Shown: piece after piece, positions 44,443 through 53,676 of the stretch
How the letters are laid out: each line of letters begins with the position of its first letter
Numbering within the stretch: the stretch's first letter is position 1
IMG/VR virus record: IMGVR_UViG_3300046171_000308
Length of the DNA: 64,000 nucleotides
Strand: one strand, 5' to 3'
Source of the DNA: an uncultured virus (IMG/VR IMGVR_UViG_3300046171_000308)
Lineage: Duplodnaviria > Heunggongvirae > Uroviricota > Caudoviricetes
Position numbers and translations under genes: made by a program
Notes under the pieces: generated by a model
Databases searched by the model: none
Told to the model about the DNA's origin: nothing
The model's input: the letters and a program-made list of their open reading frames with translations, nothing else

Positions 44443-45936
44443 TCATCGGTCCCCTAATAACATCTTTTCCATCTTTTTGTCACTACGATATTCAAAGCCT
44501 CTCGCTAATAAAAAGTAAGCTCCGATAAGAACGGTGCCGGTTCCTAATAGCCTGACGAGATTAATTTGACTTAATTGTGGGGTATCGTATGTTTGGATAA
44601 AGCCTAAGTTGCCAGCTGGAAAACCGTCTTTTACTGCTTGGTCATGTGCAGGTCCAAACTCCATACCCTTTTGCATGTAGGTGTGCATTACATCTATGTG
44701 AGATTGTTTGGTTCCCTTTGGATGTTTTGCTCTGATTTGTGCTTTAGTCATACTACCTAAACCAGTTTCAGCAATTTTAGTATAGTATTTCTTAGCTTCT
44801 TGCATAGCAACTACATCACCACCAAAGGCTTCTTTGTTTAATGAGTTAACCTGCCTGGTAAAGAACGGTCTTTGGTCTTTGTTAATACCGCCTTGTGCTT
44901 TAATGATTGAAGCATTGTGTTGCACGGTTTCTAACATTTTTTCTCCTGGTACATCAGCCATGTTGTCAAGTTTCTTGAAGGCAATGCCTAAGCCCCCGCT
45001 AAAGTTAGCGAGGGCGTCTTGAAAAGGTGGAACACTTCTCATTGTTCTCATTCGTGTTTGAGCAGCTTTGCGGGTTCTTTGGTTCATTCCACCAAGCTCG
45101 TTACCAAAGCGGGCATTTTGGATAACTTTACGCATAATCTCTAAGTCACTATCTACTAGCTGTAAAGAGCGTTTGAATATTGATGCATCATAACTCGAAG
45201 GGCTTGCTGCGGCTTTGTCGAGTTTCTCCATAATTCTACGACTTGCGTCGTTTACTACAGAGACTTGTTGCGGAGTTAGGTCTGCTTCAAGCAATTTAAC
45301 TTGTGATAAAAGAGAAACTCTTTCTTGGTCTTTCTCCATTATAGATAACTCTAAACCTGCTGCGCTTGATTGTGCAACTTGAGAGTCCATTCCAGCTTCA
45401 AGCGCCTTTATTGCATTAAGAGATGTTTGTAGATATCTTACCGAAGAGTCTCCAGAACTATCTCTTGCAAAGGCAATCTGAGCGTTTTCTACTAAGGTGG
45501 CCAAGGTAGTATCTATCTTTCTCCTTGCCGCATTGTCCATGTTTGAAATGGTCGCAGCATAAGTATTGGTAAAATTATCAATAGCAAGAGATACACGGGA
45601 GAATGCTTCTTTCCACATAGGATTCGTTAAGACAGAGTCAGAGTCGAGGCTACCAAACACACTACCTAATGGCACTTGATTTTGGAAGAGAATTTTCTGT
45701 ACTAATACCTTTACTCTATCGACGCTTTCACCGGACATCATACCAGCTTTGGTTCTTGTCATGTTGCGTTCTCTTTGCATAGAGCGAAGATTATCTAGTG
45801 TCATGTCGACTTCTTTCTGTATGTTATTCAGTACCGCTGTTCCTTTTTTGTCTAGTAAATTTGCACCCTCAAGCACAGCGTCTACTTTTAGTAGGTATGC
45901 GTTTATTTCTCTGTCAAAGCTTTTTTGTTCCATCAT
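44443..45936 (-). CDS. helical protein with C-terminal TM anchor
   Basis: Coiled-coil body; ELG, GLG and NLG motifs; C-terminal hydrophobic helix. Confidence 0.75.
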   Translation of the reverse strand: MMEQKSFDREINAYLLKVDAVLEGANLLDKKGTAVLNNIQKEVDMTLDNLRSMQRERNMTRTKAGMMSGESVDRVKVLVQKILFQNQVPLGSVFGSLDSDSVLTNPMWKEAFSRVSLAIDNFTNTYAATISNMDNAARRKIDTTLATLVENAQIAFARDSSGDSSVRYLQTSLNAIKALEAGMDSQVAQSSAAGLELSIMEKDQERVSLLSQVKLLEADLTPQQVSVVNDASRRIMEKLDKAAASPSSYDASIFKRSLQLVDSDLEIMRKVIQNARFGNELGGMNQRTRKAAQTRMRTMRSVPPFQDALANFSGGLGIAFKKLDNMADVPGEKMLETVQHNASIIKAQGGINKDQRPFFTRQVNSLNKEAFGGDVVAMQEAKKYYTKIAETGLGSMTKAQIRAKHPKGTKQSHIDVMHTYMQKGMEFGPAHDQAVKDGFPAGNLGFIQTYDTPQLSQINLVRLLGTGTVLIGAYFLLARGFEYRSDKKMEKMLLGDR

Positions 45937-48896
45937 GTTGGTGTCCTCCTCGTATTAATGGAGTCTAAATATTCTATTTTAGCTTTTTTTGCTTCATACT
46001 TTGTTTTCTTCGCACGGTTTCTCACCGTACTGAGCTCAGATATAGTTTTTATACCCCTCACTGCTACCATTCCGCCTAGTATAAGTAATGCACCACCTGC
46101 TATATCGGTAACAGTTTTCTTGACTGTGCCCATGTCGAACCCTATCAAATCGTCAAGTGGACTACCTAGTGGTGCTATGTTTTTGGCAGATATATTGCCT
46201 AAGTTGATGTTGTCTTGTTTGTTTTCTGTTGAATACTTCATTGGGTTACCAAGACCTGTTGCTCGTGCCATTAGTGCACCTCTATTGCTATTGCCAAAGT
46301 TTGCCTCATTCGTCAGCTTAACTGGTACTGATGACTTAGGCTCTGGGGGTAAAGTAACTAATGAGTTCCCCTTTACACCTTCCATAACGAACAAATCGTT
46401 GAAGTGATACTGTTGAACGTTGTTTGTACTCAACCCATCAAGACTAGTAAAGTGGTCTGCGCTATATGTGTTGGTAACATCTGTTATTTGACCTGGCCCT
46501 GAACCTAAGAGAGTAAGTTTTTGATATGGTCGGTCTACTAGTTCTCGCCTAAAGAACCAACTTCCATAATCAGCTGTAGTATCATTACCATCATCCTTTC
46601 TTTCTTCTAGGGTCTCTTGACGATTTTGGAAATATTCTTTAGTAGTATCTACCATGTCATTTTCTAAATCACTAACGGCAAAGGTTTCGGCACCTATTAG
46701 TCCAGCTTCTGTTAGTTGTCTTTGATATTGTATTTCTTCTTCAAGATTTACTTTTTCTTCCTTAAGGGCGAAGTAATTATTGAAGTTTCCAATATGTACT
46801 ACACTCGGCCCTGACGGCTCGCCTTCTTCGTTGAATTCTATAGTTGGGCCCCACCAGCCTTGTGGTATATTACAGAAAGAAAGTGTGTAAGGGTGGCGAT
46901 ATGTTTGTCCCATGTAAGTGGTTTCATACCTTAATGGGTCGTCAGGCAAGAAGCCTCTTAATTCTGTATAAGCAACATTTTCTAGCTCCGGTAGATTAGT
47001 TCCTTGGATTATAGCTACCAATATTTCTTTAGTGAATGGTACCCCCGGGAAGACAGAGTCCCAGATTGGCTTAAACTTCGAAACCTTTGCTGGGTCGTCA
47101 ATATCGGTGGCTACAAAACGGTTATTGTTTAGAATTCTATCTGCAGTGAATTGGTTTGGTCGTGGCTCGCCTCGTACCATATCGCCTTGTTGTTCGATTA
47201 AGTCAAGCGGTCCGTTGTTTTTAGTCTTAAGAGGTTGAGAAGATACCCAAAAGTGGCCAAAGAAATCCATTGCCTGTCCTAGTAGCATAAATGAACCACC
47301 GGGTGTAAAATTGCCGTTAGTCCAGTAGGCTTTCAAAATGTCTGGATTGTCAGCGTAGCTAAAGGATATGGGGTCGGCGGCTTGCACTGAAACTAAACCA
47401 CTAGTTTCCATCATTGTTGGAATATAATCTTTCTTTTGTCGCTCTCTATCTAAATTGCGTACATTACCATCATCCGATTTAGCCTCTGGTGCTACCATTA
47501 CTGTGTAAAGTGGCGATTCAGGTCTTGCATGCAGTGTTTTTCCTTCAATCTGTAAAGTTAAAGATGTCTTTTCTGCTTTACCTTGATGATAAGGGCGGCC
47601 TATACGTGCATATCGTATCTCGTTATTATTTAACATCGGGTAGCAGTCGAATGTTTTTGTTACCTGCCATTGTGGAGTTTTGTAGTAAAACTCGTCGCTT
47701 AATATTAGCTGTCGGGGGAATCTAAAGTAAAAGGCGAATTTACCGTCTTGTGTTAGTTTTGCTTCCCATGGTGGGTGAACCGCTGGGCTGCTCCACTCTC
47801 CGGTCTCTGGGTTCCACCATTCGACCTTAGCACAATAATCATCCGACGAGTGGTAATCCGGGCCATTAGTAGTTGGGAACCACTGTCCGCCTTCGAATGC
47901 TTGTTCGACTGCTCCGCCATCTATATAGGCGTCCTTTGCTTGGATTTCGTAATTTATTTTCTCATACCCTTTATGGTTCTGGTTATTAGAACCAATGTAA
48001 TTAACATAGTTCATTTCCATCAAGCAGATTCGGTCTCCTCTGATTGTAGCTGCGCTAGACCAATAAAAATCATTGGCTGCAGCTCGTTGGGCTACTGCTA
48101 CGGGGCTTACATTCCACTTGGGGGGTATATCGAAAGGGGCATCAGCGTACGGATGATACTCTCCACCTACTCCATAGGTGTTTTTGTAACCTACTAACTT
48201 TGTAACTATGCAGTGTGGTTGTCCGACTTGTAAAGTTAAAGTTCCCATCGAACCAGGGGTTACCCAAGATTTGCCATCGTAAACATACACAGCAGAAGTA
48301 CCTAGCCAACCACCATCTAAGTTTTGCGAATACCTTACATTCTCTCCACGTGTCTTTTCAGCAGTATTTATCCCGTGACGAGTATAACTATGCTCGCTTA
48401 TTTTCCCACCCCACTCAGTATCGCTGACTGAATCTGCGACTACTGCTTCGTTAGGAATGAAGCCTAAGCTCTCGTAAGTATTGGGGTTATTACGTAATAG
48501 TTGTCGGGACTTTACGTCTAAGTAAGTTGGGTTAAGGTCTGTTGGTATGGTATGAGCAATATGGAAGTTTAGATTGTTAAGGGGCTTTTCGAGAATAAAG
48601 GAATAAGAAAGAGAACGGGTAACGGGAGTGACGAATGCTAAAAATTGATTTCGCTGGTATTGGAAGGTGCCGTAAAAGTATCCTCTACCAGAGAGCTTGG
48701 CGTGTATGGTAATTCGCTCACCTACGCGATAATTAAAGTTAGACTGGCTAATCATACCGTCTTTGACTATAATTTTGGGTCTAATGTTACCACGTTGAAT
48801 AGCAACTTCTTCTATTACAGGGCCAGGGTCTGCTCCGCCTAGGCTTGATGGCTTAATGAAGTGGCTAGTTTTCCTAGCTGCTTGTCTTGCTCTCAT
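45933..48896 (-). CDS. 987-aa beta-rich protein with C-terminal TM anchor
   Basis: Aromatic-rich beta body; LG-rich linker; TM helix followed by a basic tail. Confidence 0.75.
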   Translation of the reverse strand: MRARQAARKTSHFIKPSSLGGADPGPVIEEVAIQRGNIRPKIIVKDGMISQSNFNYRVGERITIHAKLSGRGYFYGTFQYQRNQFLAFVTPVTRSLSYSFILEKPLNNLNFHIAHTIPTDLNPTYLDVKSRQLLRNNPNTYESLGFIPNEAVVADSVSDTEWGGKISEHSYTRHGINTAEKTRGENVRYSQNLDGGWLGTSAVYVYDGKSWVTPGSMGTLTLQVGQPHCIVTKLVGYKNTYGVGGEYHPYADAPFDIPPKWNVSPVAVAQRAAANDFYWSSAATIRGDRICLMEMNYVNYIGSNNQNHKGYEKINYEIQAKDAYIDGGAVEQAFEGGQWFPTTNGPDYHSSDDYCAKVEWWNPETGEWSSPAVHPPWEAKLTQDGKFAFYFRFPRQLILSDEFYYKTPQWQVTKTFDCYPMLNNNEIRYARIGRPYHQGKAEKTSLTLQIEGKTLHARPESPLYTVMVAPEAKSDDGNVRNLDRERQKKDYIPTMMETSGLVSVQAADPISFSYADNPDILKAYWTNGNFTPGGSFMLLGQAMDFFGHFWVSSQPLKTKNNGPLDLIEQQGDMVRGEPRPNQFTADRILNNNRFVATDIDDPAKVSKFKPIWDSVFPGVPFTKEILVAIIQGTNLPELENVAYTELRGFLPDDPLRYETTYMGQTYRHPYTLSFCNIPQGWWGPTIEFNEEGEPSGPSVVHIGNFNNYFALKEEKVNLEEEIQYQRQLTEAGLIGAETFAVSDLENDMVDTTKEYFQNRQETLEERKDDGNDTTADYGSWFFRRELVDRPYQKLTLLGSGPGQITDVTNTYSADHFTSLDGLSTNNVQQYHFNDLFVMEGVKGNSLVTLPPEPKSSVPVKLTNEANFGNSNRGALMARATGLGNPMKYSTENKQDNINLGNISAKNIAPLGSPLDDLIGFDMGTVKKTVTDIAGGALLILGGMVAVRGIKTISELSTVRNRAKKTKYEAKKAKIEYLDSINTRRTPT

Positions 48897-50413
48897 CGGC
48901 GCAACACTCCCTGCATGCTACTACGCAGTGCAGGGAATAATCCAGCAAGGCCGGGGGTGCGCTGATTAGGAGTTAATACTGGCCGTCCATTTCCTCTGGT
49001 CTTATCTACACTGCCTAAACTTACTTGCCTAGAAACTGGGATGTTAATATTTCTGGGTCTACTGCCGATGTTGTGACTTAGAACTGTGCTATTTTGCCTC
49101 ATTGTACAGGCTCTTTCGACCGCGGTCATAAGGCCTTTAAAATGAGAATCTTCTAGTTTTCCAAGTTCTTTGTTAATTAATTCTCGAACTTCTATGACTG
49201 ATTTACCTCTTGTGCTTTGGGAGCGATTATCGGTGCTAATATTGATTCCAGATTGTAGTTGACCGCTTTCCCACTTTATCAGAGTATCCCTGACTATTTT
49301 TTCTGAGGTTGCAAGTACTGATAGAGTTTTATTTATCCAAAACTCTCGCTCTGATGCGGTAAGACATGCTCCGTATTGTCCATTAACCCCAAGAGTCTGA
49401 AGCGCGAATTTTTTTCCGTCTTTGAGTCTTTGTAGATAAGTGTTCAGTAAATCATAGTATTCAGCAGAATGGGTTACGACTGGGCCGGGTGCGGATTGGC
49501 GAATATCCTCGGTAAACTGGTCGGCTATAGCACTTCTATTAGCAGAAGAAGGAGAACGCATAGCAAGAAGAAGGGCAGTTTGAGTTACTATGCCTGAACC
49601 TTTGTGTACCGGGCGTGGACCTTTCATATGCTTAGGTACTGCACCTAGTCTAGATGAATGTGATTTACCTACTATGTTAGCTGCTTGATTTTGCACTACG
49701 TTATTCACGCGGTTGGTAGAGTTAATTGCATTTTGCACAATATTATCAACAGTCTGGCTTCTTGCCTTAGACTTGGCTGCCTCTTGTACCATTTGCTTTT
49801 GCTTTTCTTTAGTAGCGTTTTTAGCGTCTACCATACTTTTTTTGCCGTTCATAATTAGCTCAGTGTCTCGCTGGGCTTCATACATATCTTTGACTGCTTC
49901 TGCTTTGATAACAGCGTTGATTTGATTATTTACTCTTACTTGGTCTGATACCTGCTTTAGCCATGGCATACTTGGAGGGGCAGTAACACGGTCTCTTCTT
50001 CCGGTATCAATAATTTCATTGACTGGTTTAACAGGGCCGTTTTGCCTCTTGGCTTGGTCTTTAGTTACGGGTTTATCGAGAGAGACTCTGTCATTGGACT
50101 TAAACATGTCAAGGATAGAAACCCTGTCACCTTTTGGTTTTTTACGAGCTACTTCGTCTTCATAGAAGAACGTGTCTCTTAGATTTGTTAACTCTCCCTG
50201 ACGCTTATAGAGGGCTTCGATATTACCTCGGTGATAGTTTAGCATTTTTTTGCGGTAGTTGTTTTGTCTATCTAGTAATTCTAGGTGACGGGTAGCTAGT
50301 CCGACGTTTGATACTAAGTTTCTATTGATATCGCTGCGTCGACGATTTATTTCTTGGTCAACAATACCAATTGTCCTTCTCAAGGTTTCTACTTCTCTGA
50401 CGCTACGGAACAT
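48893..50413 (-). CDS. basic coiled-coil protein
   Basis: 506-aa ORF in the operon; RLG, SLG and GLAG motifs. Confidence 0.7.
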   Translation of the reverse strand: MFRSVREVETLRRTIGIVDQEINRRRSDINRNLVSNVGLATRHLELLDRQNNYRKKMLNYHRGNIEALYKRQGELTNLRDTFFYEDEVARKKPKGDRVSILDMFKSNDRVSLDKPVTKDQAKRQNGPVKPVNEIIDTGRRDRVTAPPSMPWLKQVSDQVRVNNQINAVIKAEAVKDMYEAQRDTELIMNGKKSMVDAKNATKEKQKQMVQEAAKSKARSQTVDNIVQNAINSTNRVNNVVQNQAANIVGKSHSSRLGAVPKHMKGPRPVHKGSGIVTQTALLLAMRSPSSANRSAIADQFTEDIRQSAPGPVVTHSAEYYDLLNTYLQRLKDGKKFALQTLGVNGQYGACLTASEREFWINKTLSVLATSEKIVRDTLIKWESGQLQSGINISTDNRSQSTRGKSVIEVRELINKELGKLEDSHFKGLMTAVERACTMRQNSTVLSHNIGSRPRNINIPVSRQVSLGSVDKTRGNGRPVLTPNQRTPGLAGLFPALRSSMQGVLRR

Positions 50414-50850
50414 TATTCTACTCTCCCTATTATTGCTGTGATTCCTAGTAGTATTGTTATACCTGCTAATGCGAAACTGGTTTTGTTACCCATAGCACCT
50501 AATCCTACTGTATGTAAAGAGTTTCTTTGTAGACGCGAATATTCTTGGAGAGGGGATAGGGTTTCTTTCTTCATTTGCGCTTTTAGTGCTAGGTTGATTT
50601 TTTTATCTGTGTCTTTTAGGTCTTTGAGGGCTTTATCGTATTTACCTTTTAATTCTTTCATGTCCTTTTCAGCCTGCTTTTTGTAAGCTTTTGCTGCTTC
50701 TAGCTCTAGCTTTAGTTTGCTTTCTTGCAAAGCTGATGTATTATTATTATTTATCACGGGTGGTTTTGGCTTGCTCGCGCCTGGCACTAGGTTGAAGTTG
50801 TCAGCTATGTAGTCTGACTTGCTTCTTAGCCCGCCGAGCAAGAAAATCAC
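50413..50850 (-). CDS. coiled-coil protein with C-terminal TM helix
   Basis: Lys-rich heptads; GLGAMG immediately before the TM helix. Confidence 0.7.
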   Translation of the reverse strand: MIFLLGGLRSKSDYIADNFNLVPGASKPKPPVINNNNTSALQESKLKLELEAAKAYKKQAEKDMKELKGKYDKALKDLKDTDKKINLALKAQMKKETLSPLQEYSRLQRNSLHTVGLGAMGNKTSFALAGITILLGITAIIGRVE

Positions 50851-51284
50851 CGTGTCAATAGGTAACCTATTCCAAATAAAACTGCGAGTGTGCCCATTGA
50901 CCCAGCAGTACTAGAAAGCATACCTAAATTGGAACCTGAAGAACCTGGTAATGATGGTACATCACCGAAGGTAGTTACTGAATTCATAATACCGCCTTCT
51001 TTTCTAACCATTTGCGGGTCACTACCGAAGTAAGCTAGTCCGACAGTTGCACTACCTATGTTATCGAAGCCTTTCTCTGATAGAGGAACCTCGTCTGGTA
51101 GTGGGTCAGACTTGTGAACTAAAGCTGACGAATTTACTTTCTTGTAGTAAAGTGCTTTAGGTGGGTTTGCTCGACCAAAAGTATTGACCTTTGAGAAAAT
51201 TCCATCTTCATGGGCGTTCCCAAATACGGCTACGCTGCCGAGAGATTTTGCTTTAAGTTTGGCTAATTGGTGGTTTGTTCTCAT
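50847..51284 (-). CDS. small membrane protein rich in [LFMI]G motifs
   Basis: SLG, VFG, TFG, NIG, YFG, TFG, NLG and SMG; C-terminal TM helix. Confidence 0.7.
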   Translation of the reverse strand: MRTNHQLAKLKAKSLGSVAVFGNAHEDGIFSKVNTFGRANPPKALYYKKVNSSALVHKSDPLPDEVPLSEKGFDNIGSATVGLAYFGSDPQMVRKEGGIMNSVTTFGDVPSLPGSSGSNLGMLSSTAGSMGTLAVLFGIGYLLTR

Positions 51285-51288
51285 ATTA

Positions 51289-51660
51289 TCACTTCACATA
51301 GGTGTCAAAAAGGTGCTTTCCTAATACCCCAACGGCGAAAGACAAACCAACAACGCCCCAGAATTCGCCACTTTTCATATCAAGTTGGCCGAATCTCTTA
51401 GACATTTTCGGGTTGCCTCTAGGCATTGGAGCAGGAATGGCGGTAGATGCTGATGGGGCATGACCTAAATTAAATTCTTTTTTTACTTGTGGGGAATTTA
51501 CCGCGTTCATTGCGGTGTTATCGGTTTTGAAATCTTTCATATCAGAGTTTCCTAAGCCGGAAACCATCTTTCCATCAGAACCCTGATTCATAGTTTGGAC
51601 AAATATAGGCCCGTCGTCAGTACTTGCTTCGTCGGTGATTCCCATGAATGGTTTATGCAT
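51289..51660 (-). CDS. small membrane protein
   Basis: FMG, GLG, NLG and RFG motifs; C-terminal TM helix. Confidence 0.7.
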   Translation of the reverse strand: MHKPFMGITDEASTDDGPIFVQTMNQGSDGKMVSGLGNSDMKDFKTDNTAMNAVNSPQVKKEFNLGHAPSASTAIPAPMPRGNPKMSKRFGQLDMKSGEFWGVVGLSFAVGVLGKHLFDTYVK

Positions 51661-52367
51661 TACTTTCTACCTCCTAATAATCCTAACTTTCTAGCCCATA
51701 CTATTGGTCGCGGCGTAAGTGCGCCTAAACCGGGCGAGGGACTTCTACCAAATGAATTAGTCGGTCTACCAGATAATCCAGCTATTTGCTGTTTCATAAC
51801 AGGAACCCTACTAGTTCCTGGGTCAGCTACTAACGGATATACGCTACTAACCTTTACTGATTCTCCTAGCTTAAATGTAGGGAATATTAACTCGCAAGGA
51901 ATCCACCTAGTACCAAATTCCTTTGTTGGGGCGGTTGTTCTAGTAAGAAGCATTACATGATTGAATACTCCATCAGCATTAGAGTCCACTATTAATGCCC
52001 CACAAGGATATCCAATCGAACCAAGTAAGGCTCCAGCTACAATTACAAAGTCATCGCAATCAGCTGCGCTCCTTCCTTCTTCTACATCCTTGAGAAGTCT
52101 TCTTGCAGACATAAAATACTCTACATTCATTGGGTCTTTGCGATAAACTACATTGTTTTGTACCCATTTGACTATGGCTCTTATTTCACCTAGTTCATCG
52201 TGACCTTTAACGCCTGCTCGGTCTACTATACTAATCGCTTTGCGACGAACATATTCATCGCGTAATCCGTCTTCTATTAGTTGTTGAAGATAAGTTACTA
52301 CGGACTTGAATCTTTTCTCTGCTGGTACATGGTCAGGGTATCGAATACGTAATATTCGGTCCGCCAT
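51660..52367 (-). CDS. transglutaminase-like cysteine protease
   Basis: WV.NNVVYRKDP, ADCDD (Cys), FNHV (His) and WIPCE (acidic residue) motifs. Confidence 0.85.
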   Translation of the reverse strand: MADRILRIRYPDHVPAEKRFKSVVTYLQQLIEDGLRDEYVRRKAISIVDRAGVKGHDELGEIRAIVKWVQNNVVYRKDPMNVEYFMSARRLLKDVEEGRSAADCDDFVIVAGALLGSIGYPCGALIVDSNADGVFNHVMLLTRTTAPTKEFGTRWIPCELIFPTFKLGESVKVSSVYPLVADPGTSRVPVMKQQIAGLSGRPTNSFGRSPSPGLGALTPRPIVWARKLGLLGGRK

Positions 52368-52437
52368 AACGACCCCATATCACAATATGACTTAACTGTG
52401 TCCCAAGTATTAAGGTCAGAGTGAAGAGTCCCTACTC

Positions 52438-52878
52438 ATGGTTAAGCTACTAATTAGCATACCAGCCGAGCCAGTGGCTCAGGGGCGTCCTAGATTAAGT
52501 AGTAGGGGAGGCTTTGCTAGAGCTTATGACCCCCCTAAAAGTAGGTCTTGGAAGGCCTTTGTGGCTGACTATGCTGAACGTGCTATGAAACAAGCGGGAT
52601 TAGAAACTCCTATGGATGGACCATTAATAGTCAAAGTAAGATTTGCTTTTCCACTGCCTAAAAGTCAACATCGTAAAAAAATTAAACCAGCAACTTGGCA
52701 TATGAAGCGCCCTGATTTAGATAATTTATACAAAGGTCTGATAGATGGAATGGAAGGAATAGTATATCATCGTGACTCTGAGATTGTCAAAGTAATAATG
52801 GACAAAATAATAGTTGAGCAAGGAAAGGCACCGTATGTCAACGTCTCGATAGCGACAATCGAGGCTTTGAATCTCTAG
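52438..52878 (+). CDS. rusA: RusA-family Holliday junction resolvase
   Basis: PVAQGRPR, YDP, KRPDLDNLYKGLIDGM and YHRDSEIV motifs. Confidence 0.9.
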   Translation: MVKLLISIPAEPVAQGRPRLSSRGGFARAYDPPKSRSWKAFVADYAERAMKQAGLETPMDGPLIVKVRFAFPLPKSQHRKKIKPATWHMKRPDLDNLYKGLIDGMEGIVYHRDSEIVKVIMDKIIVEQGKAPYVNVSIATIEALNL

Positions 52879-53668
52879 TTAATTTTTTATCATTCCTAGC
52901 AAGACGTGGGGTTGGTTTCGGCATTTTAATATCCCGAGATACTTCTTCGTTGTCTTCTAGTAGATTGTAATTACCTTCTGATTCAGTAGTTGCAAATTCA
53001 ACCCAATCATCTGCTTCTTCTGTGGGTAGGCTTGGTGATAACTTAATCTGAGACGTGTCAATTTCGACTATGTCCGAGGCAATTGGTTGTCTCTCCTGGA
53101 TAAACGACATAATTTCTTCTGCTGCTCCTAAAAGTTGCTTCCAATTAATTCTTTTAGCCTGAGAGATATACTCATCAACTTCTATATTTCTCAGGTTGTC
53201 TAATACTGAATTTAGTCCAGACTTATTTTCTTTTAGTTTTTCTACTACATCAGATACACTATCGAGGTCTAACCCAGTTAAATCTACTCCTACTGACCTA
53301 AATATTTCTTTTGCTTCGTCTAAGTCGTTAGTAAAACCATTCACTTTTTGATTAGCTTCTTCTAGAGTATCTTCTAGCTTGTCCATCTGTGCATTTACAA
53401 ACTCCAAATGCTGAAGAGACTCGCTGCTTTTATCATCTAGCTTAATGGTAATATAAGCAATAACGGAATTAATAGAGCCGTTCATTATAGCTAAAGATAC
53501 TATCCCGGAAAATAATGCATCCATACCTATCGCTACATATAACAAACCAAAAGTAGCGAGAGCAGGGATGAAGAAAAAGAATGCATAAAGCCAAACTGGC
53601 CACTTTGCTTTGCCAGCGAAATGGTCTTTGGCTTCGTCGATAGTCATTTCTTGCATTTCCCAACCCAT
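52838..53668 (-). CDS. two-TM protein with coiled coil
   Basis: AGGTGAG RBS; two N-terminal TM helices, then heptads. Confidence 0.7.
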   Translation of the reverse strand: MGWEMQEMTIDEAKDHFAGKAKWPVWLYAFFFFIPALATFGLLYVAIGMDALFSGIVSLAIMNGSINSVIAYITIKLDDKSSESLQHLEFVNAQMDKLEDTLEEANQKVNGFTNDLDEAKEIFRSVGVDLTGLDLDSVSDVVEKLKENKSGLNSVLDNLRNIEVDEYISQAKRINWKQLLGAAEEIMSFIQERQPIASDIVEIDTSQIKLSPSLPTEEADDWVEFATTESEGNYNLLEDNEEVSRDIKMPKPTPRLARNDKKLTRDSKPRLSLSRR

Positions 53669-53676
53669 TTACTCAC

